Shown: one piece after another, positions 59,099 to 64,000 of the stretch
How the letters are laid out: each line of letters opens with the position of its first letter
Position numbering within the stretch: position 1 is the first letter of the stretch
NCBI GenBank assembly: GCA_044229975.1
Contig: JBGARZ010000024.1
Location: 1-64,000, forward strand
Reading direction: 5' to 3'
DNA from: Polyangiales bacterium
GTDB taxonomy: Bacteria; Myxococcota_A; Polyangia; Polyangiales; Ga0077539
DNA: 64,000 nt
The notes under the pieces: model-generated
Told to the model about the DNA's origin: nothing
What the model saw: only the letters and a program-made list of their open reading frames with translations
The model's database searches: none
Translations under genes and position numbers: made by a program

Positions 59099-61190
59099 CG
59101 GTCTGGTCCTGTCGGGCGCGCGGCGGGGTGGCGAGCTCGGACCCGGCGCGCGGCGGACCGAAGGTGAGCACGTGGAAGTCGCGGCCGTAGCGCAGGGGCT
59201 CGCTCCAGGCGTCGCCGCTCGCGGGGGTCAGCGCGTCGCCCGAGACGACCAGCGCCGCGCCCGGAACGAGCCGCCCGTAGACCCGGCGGCGGGTGGACGC
59301 CTCGCCGAAGCGGTAGGCCAGCATGCTGTCGACGGAGAGCGTTCGGGGCGCGGGCGACGGGTCGTCGGACCACCCGACGCGGCCGCCAAAGCAGACAAAA
59401 TCGCCGTCGTCGAAGAGCACCATGTGGCCCGCGAGGGTTGCGCCGAGGTTGCGTTCGAGCTGGGGCATCGCCTCGCGCAGGGCCGCCTCGAAGCGGTGGG
59501 TCACCGCGTCGCCGGGCTCGGCCGGGGACAGCAGCCGCGGCGGCTCGACGGGCGTGACCCGGCGGGGCTGCTCGACGGGCGACGGTCCGCCGGTGAAGCG
59601 CAGCGCGGCGGTGTAGGCCTCGTCCTTGGTCGCGAAGGTTCGGCGCAGCGCGAAGATGAACGCCGGCTGCATGGAGTCGAGGGCCGCGCGGTCGCCCCGG
59701 CCCTCGCGCCACGCCTGGCGCAGCACCTCTTCAGAGGGGCGCAGGGTCGCCTGGCGCTCCTCCCAGGTCATGCCGTCGACCTCGTCGTAGGTGAGCGACC
59801 CGAGCTGCTTGCGGAACTTGTAGTCGCCGTCCACCACGCGCTGGCCGCGGATGGTGATGCCGAAGCGCGCCGGGTCGTCCCCGATGGGCGAGTCGCGCAC
59901 CAGGTAGAACGACGAGGGCGCGAGGTCGTCGATGGCGAAGGCGTTTTCGCGGGTCCACTCGACGGTGTCGAGGAGGTCTTCGCGGGTCTCGCCGGGGAAG
60001 CACGGCAGCAGGTTGACCCGCACCATGATCTCGTTGCGGTGCGCCTCGCGGATCACCCGCGTCGCGTGGAAGGGCCGGTGCCCCTTGATCATCCGCTTGA
60101 GCATCTTCTCGGAGCCCGACTCGACGCCGAGCGTGAGGCCCACGCAGCCCGCGCGCGCCATCAGCGTGAGATCACCCTCGCGCGACGGCATCACCCGGTA
60201 GGAGTCCGACCAGCGCACCCCGAGCTTCGCGCCGATGAGGGCGTTGGCGAAGTCCACGGCGTGCAGGTTGATCTGCGTGTCGAAGAGCATGAAATCGCCA
60301 ACGTTCCAGCGCTCGGACATCTCCGCGAGGTCGCGCACCACGCGGTCCATGGACTTCGCGCTCTGGGTGCCGCCGTTCTGGCAGAAGGTGCACTTGTACT
60401 GGCACGCGAAGGTGAAGAGGTACGGCAGGAAGAGCCCTGGCCCCACGCTCCCGTCGTAGGCCGAGAAGGGGTGCGGGGTGACGGCGAAGGGGTCGTAGCG
60501 GTAGTCGTCGAGGCGGTAGATGCCGAAGTCGGGCACGGGCCACTCGTCGGGCGCGGTGTCGCGGGGCTCGGCGACGGGCTCGACGGGCAGCGCGTGACGG
60601 CCCGGCGAGAGCTCGCGCAGCGCCGCGAAGGCGTAGCGGATCTCGTCGGGCGTCGTGGCCGCGGTGACCACGTCGACGAGCAGGGCGCCGAGCTCGGTGA
60701 GGATGCCGTGCGCGGCGCGCGCGTTGACGCCGCCGAGGATGGAGGGCGTTCCGTAGCGGCGCTTGAAGGCCGCGGCGAGGAAGGCGCCGACGCGAATCTG
60801 CGTGTGGCGGTCGAGGGAGACGGCGACGAGGTCGCAGTCACCGGGCGCATCGATGCGGGCGAGGAGGTCGTCGGCGAGGGCTTCGAGGGCCTCGTGGCGC
60901 TCGCCGCGCAGGTAGGCGCCGAGGGCCGCGTCGTCGTCGATGGGCGAAGGGTCGACCGCCGGGGGATGACGGAAGACCGAGAGCTCGAGGTCGACGGCGC
61001 GGGTGACGAAGCCGTCGCGGGCGATGGCGGCGGCGACGAGCGCCGGGCCCTGCGGGGGGAAGCGGTGCAGGCGGTTGACCTCCGGGGCGTCGACGTCCGG
61101 GGGCAGCACCATGAGCACGCTGCGCGGCGGGCCCGGGCGCACCACGGGCGCAGGCACATCACGAACAACGCTCAGGCGCAGGCCGGTCAC
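59088..61190 (-). CDS. B12-binding-like class B radical SAM protein
   Basis: VLPP..PPQGPALV, ILGG, CQYKCTFC, DTQIN, LGVESGS and SPIGDDPARFGI. Paralogous to the second half of 4939-8481. Confidence 0.88.
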   Translation of the reverse strand: MTGLRLSVVRDVPAPVVRPGPPRSVLMVLPPDVDAPEVNRLHRFPPQGPALVAAAIARDGFVTRAVDLELSVFRHPPAVDPSPIDDDAALGAYLRGERHEALEALADDLLARIDAPGDCDLVAVSLDRHTQIRVGAFLAAAFKRRYGTPSILGGVNARAAHGILTELGALLVDVVTAATTPDEIRYAFAALRELSPGRHALPVEPVAEPRDTAPDEWPVPDFGIYRLDDYRYDPFAVTPHPFSAYDGSVGPGLFLPYLFTFACQYKCTFCQNGGTQSAKSMDRVVRDLAEMSERWNVGDFMLFDTQINLHAVDFANALIGAKLGVRWSDSYRVMPSREGDLTLMARAGCVGLTLGVESGSEKMLKRMIKGHRPFHATRVIREAHRNEIMVRVNLLPCFPGETREDLLDTVEWTRENAFAIDDLAPSSFYLVRDSPIGDDPARFGITIRGQRVVDGDYKFRKQLGSLTYDEVDGMTWEERQATLRPSEEVLRQAWREGRGDRAALDSMQPAFIFALRRTFATKDEAYTAALRFTGGPSPVEQPRRVTPVEPPRLLSPAEPGDAVTHRFEAALREAMPQLERNLGATLAGHMVLFDDGDFVCFGGRVGWSDDPSPAPRTLSVDSMLAYRFGEASTRRRVYGRLVPGAALVVSGDALTPASGDAWSEPLRYGRDFHVLTFGPPRAGSELATPPRARQDQTVAR

Positions 61191-61260
61191 GGTGTGTACC
61201 TTGGAGGCGCACGCGGTGTGGTCGAGACCATCGAGCGACCATCATAGCGGGAGACGACCC

Positions 61261-63408
61261 ATGCACATCATCGCCAGCGGGCAGGAGGAGCTCATCCGGC
61301 GCATGGTCGCGCCGCCCCTACCGTCCGGCTGGGAGTTCGCGGGCGCCCGCATCGAGGGGGCCACCGTCGTCGCGCGCTACGGCCGGGCGAGCGATCGCGC
61401 CGTCGCGGTGATGACCCTCGCGCACCCGGCGGCCTCGGAGTCGGCGGTGACCACGCGGCGCTTCGCCGTGCACTGGCGCCTCTCGCCCGGCGCACGCGAC
61501 GCGGCAGCCCTCGCCCGCGCCGTGATCGTCTCGGTGCGCGCCACCGAGGAGGGCTTCGTCTGGACGCTGCCCCCCGCGCCGACCGCCGAGGTGGCGCCCG
61601 CACCACCACCGCCGCCCGCACCACCACCGCCCGACCCGGCGCTCGCACTCATCGAGGAGGCGCTCGCGACCATCGAGGCATCCCCGGTCGGGGAGGCGCT
61701 CGTCGACGGATCGACGCTCACGGCCGCCGCGGACGAGTGGGGCAACGTGGTGCTCGACCTCGCGCGACCCGACGGCGGACGACTGGAGGTGCGCCTCGGA
61801 CCGGCGCAACGCAGCGTCGTCGCCACGTGGACCAGCGCGGGCGACGATGGCTCCGATCCGCGCCGTCACCCGCAGCCCGCGGCCCGGTGGTTTGCCGTCG
61901 CGGCGCGGGTGTTTCCCCACCTCGCGGTCGACGTGAGCGACACGGTGGAGGCGCGCGACCGCGTCGTGCTCGACCCCGTCGGCGTGGCCGAGCTGCTCGC
62001 GCCGGACGTCGCGCTCGGCGGTGCATCCATCGCGGGTCATCGGCTCGTGGCGGTTCGCACCCCGCGCGCCGACGGATCGTCCTCGACCCTGGGGCGCGTG
62101 CGGTTGGAGTTCTCCCAGAGCGACATGGGCGAGTCGCTGGAGGTCGTCGTCGCGCCGGCCGCGGCGCTCGACCCGGTGTTTGCGAGCCACGCGGGCGTCG
62201 GCGTCGGGATGCTGCACTTCGGGCACGCCGATCGTGGTGGCGCCAAGGCGCGGGCCGCGCTGCTCTGCTCGCACCTCGCCGCGCTGCTCGCCCGCAAGCT
62301 CCGGGTCGGCGCGACGGTGGTGGTCCCGTCCGAGGCCGCGGCGGTGCGGCTGCTCGACGGGCGCGCTGCGACGGCATCGGTCCGCGACGAGGTGCTCAAC
62401 CTCAACCTCGACGCCGAGTGCGGGCAGCGCTGCACCTTCTGCCCCATCAAGAGCTTCGTCCCCTCCCACGACGGCGGCGCGCAGGAGCTGGAGTCCCTGC
62501 GGCTCCAGATCCAGGCGGCGGCGGCACGCGGTCAGCGACGGGCGCGGCTCAACGGCATCGACCCGCTGGCCTTCTCGCGCGTGCTCGACCTGGCCTCAGC
62601 CCTGCGCGACGCGGGCTTCGAGTCGCTGGAGGTCATGGGCCCCGGGCGGCGCTTCGCCGACGATGGGTTTCGCCTGGAGTTCCTGCGGAGGAGCCCCGCG
62701 CACACGGAGGTGGTGGTTCCGCTCTACGGCGTCACGGCCGACCTCCATGACGCCGTCACGGGCGCGCCGGGATCGCACGCCGAGGTGCTCCGCGCCCTCG
62801 ACGGCCTGCGCGCCGACCTCGCACCCGGTCGCCTCGGCCTCGCCACGGTGATCACCCGCCAGAACGTCGACGGCTTCGCCGACCTCGTGCGCTTCGCCCG
62901 CGAACGATCGCTCACCCTCTGGCCGCAGCTCCCGTACCCGCTCCGGCAGACGAAGCACGGCGCCTACGCGGACTCGGCCCTGCCCGAGTCGGAGATCGTC
63001 GCGCGCGTGCTGCGGTCGCTCCACGACGCCGACGCCGACGAGCGGGCCGCGTGCCTCTTCGCGCTCGCCAACGCCATCCGTCACCCGTGCCTGCTGTGGC
63101 GCGCCGAGCGCTCGACGGGCCTCGGCGTCTTCGAGGCCGCGCGCACGCTCCCGCGCCGATCGCTCGCGGGCGTCGCGGTGACGGACGAACACGACCCGCG
63201 CGGTGACGGCGGCGCGCGCAGCCTGACGACGCTCCACGTGGTGCGGACCCCCTGCCCCGAGGCGGGCCGCTGCGCGCTGCTCCCGGCCTGCGCGGGCGAC
63301 CACTACACGGCCTACGGCGAGCGCTTCGGGCTCGATGAGTTTGTCGCGGTGGGGGTGTGGGACCTCGCGCTGGCTCCCCTCCGACGCGACGACTACCGTC
63401 CGCCCTGA
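61261..63408 (+). CDS. Radical SAM protein (NGIDP variant) with N-terminal accessory domains
   Basis: GGGAG RBS before MHIIASGQEELIRRMV. CGQRCTFC, NGIDPL, RHPC and CPEAGRCALLPAC. Confidence 0.87.
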   Translation: MHIIASGQEELIRRMVAPPLPSGWEFAGARIEGATVVARYGRASDRAVAVMTLAHPAASESAVTTRRFAVHWRLSPGARDAAALARAVIVSVRATEEGFVWTLPPAPTAEVAPAPPPPPAPPPPDPALALIEEALATIEASPVGEALVDGSTLTAAADEWGNVVLDLARPDGGRLEVRLGPAQRSVVATWTSAGDDGSDPRRHPQPAARWFAVAARVFPHLAVDVSDTVEARDRVVLDPVGVAELLAPDVALGGASIAGHRLVAVRTPRADGSSSTLGRVRLEFSQSDMGESLEVVVAPAAALDPVFASHAGVGVGMLHFGHADRGGAKARAALLCSHLAALLARKLRVGATVVVPSEAAAVRLLDGRAATASVRDEVLNLNLDAECGQRCTFCPIKSFVPSHDGGAQELESLRLQIQAAAARGQRRARLNGIDPLAFSRVLDLASALRDAGFESLEVMGPGRRFADDGFRLEFLRRSPAHTEVVVPLYGVTADLHDAVTGAPGSHAEVLRALDGLRADLAPGRLGLATVITRQNVDGFADLVRFARERSLTLWPQLPYPLRQTKHGAYADSALPESEIVARVLRSLHDADADERAACLFALANAIRHPCLLWRAERSTGLGVFEAARTLPRRSLAGVAVTDEHDPRGDGGARSLTTLHVVRTPCPEAGRCALLPACAGDHYTAYGERFGLDEFVAVGVWDLALAPLRRDDYRPP

Positions 63409-64000
63409 TGCGTGACCTGCTCGCATGTTGGTCGCTCCTGCTGTTGGGGTGCGGCCAGGACCCGCTCCGCGGGCTGACCCTCGCGGCCGAAGACCCGCTG
63501 CCACCGACCCGGAGCGGCACGGCCCACCTGTCGCGCCTGCTGGTGCGAAACGGGCGGGTCTACGGCGGCAACGGCTCCGCCGGTCTGATGTCCTGGCAGG
63601 TGGACGGAGGGCGGCGCCTGACCCCGCGCTCGTCCACCGAGCCGATCGGGCAGGGGTCTCCCTCGACCGAACCCTCCACGGTTCCGCGCTGCGTCGCCAT
63701 GGCCATCGCCCCCGACGGGCGCTGGCTCTATTGCAGCGCCGCCGACTCCGGGGTCGCGGTGTTCGACCTGAGCGACCCCGACCACCCCGTGGTGGTCGAG
63801 CGCGGGGCCCTGACACCGCAGGACGACCTCGGGTACGCCGACCTGCGGGTGGTCGACGGCGCGCTCCTCGTGGCGGCCTTCGACCGCGGACTCCTGCGCG
63901 GCCCCATCGGCGCGGACGGCCGCCCCGGGCCCTGGCAACCCACCGGCATCGAGGGGAACGTCGTCGCCGTCGGCGGTGGCAACGGCGACGCGCTCGTGGC
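63408..64000 (+). CDS. LVIVD-repeat/beta-propeller lipoprotein, 3' truncated, not in the ORF track
   Basis: TGATG overlap. MRDLLACWSLLLLG-C lipobox and WLYCSAADSGVAVFDLSDPDHP. The frame is open to the window end. Confidence 0.75.
   Translation, partial: MRDLLACWSLLLLGCGQDPLRGLTLAAEDPLPPTRSGTAHLSRLLVRNGRVYGGNGSAGLMSWQVDGGRRLTPRSSTEPIGQGSPSTEPSTVPRCVAMAIAPDGRWLYCSAADSGVAVFDLSDPDHPVVVERGALTPQDDLGYADLRVVDGALLVAAFDRGLLRGPIGADGRPGPWQPTGIEGNVVAVGGGNGDALV

Overview
A very GC-rich bacterial region whose protein style (Cys-rich lipoproteins, FG-GAP, LVIVD, disintegrin-like repeats) suggests a myxobacterium; that assignment is inference. Most of the window is one accessory locus with ten radical SAM (rSAM) genes: HxsC-like, cobalamin-binding class B-like, a double rSAM, a CX26CX2C variant and a GT2-rSAM fusion. 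These are interleaved with three DUF483-like Cys-cluster domains, a TPR protein, an Asp/Asn beta-hydroxylase, Cys-rich secreted repeat proteins, GT-C-like membrane proteins, SGNH proteins, an ADP-heptose cassette (hldE, GT9, hldD) and a carbamoyltransferase with SxtJ/SxtK-like partners. An unnamed ~90-100 aa alpha/beta module appears to recur across many of these proteins, and one protein is built from seven tandem copies of it. This suggests an undescribed modular, rSAM-centred modification system. A ~3 kb segment (53.1-56.0 kb) carries a Cre-like tyrosine recombinase directly preceded by a lox-like palindrome, plus 8-bp-period arrays flanking a cargo lipoprotein. I recognised no rRNA, tRNA or CRISPR array. 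All family calls come from motif reading by eye, with no database searches.
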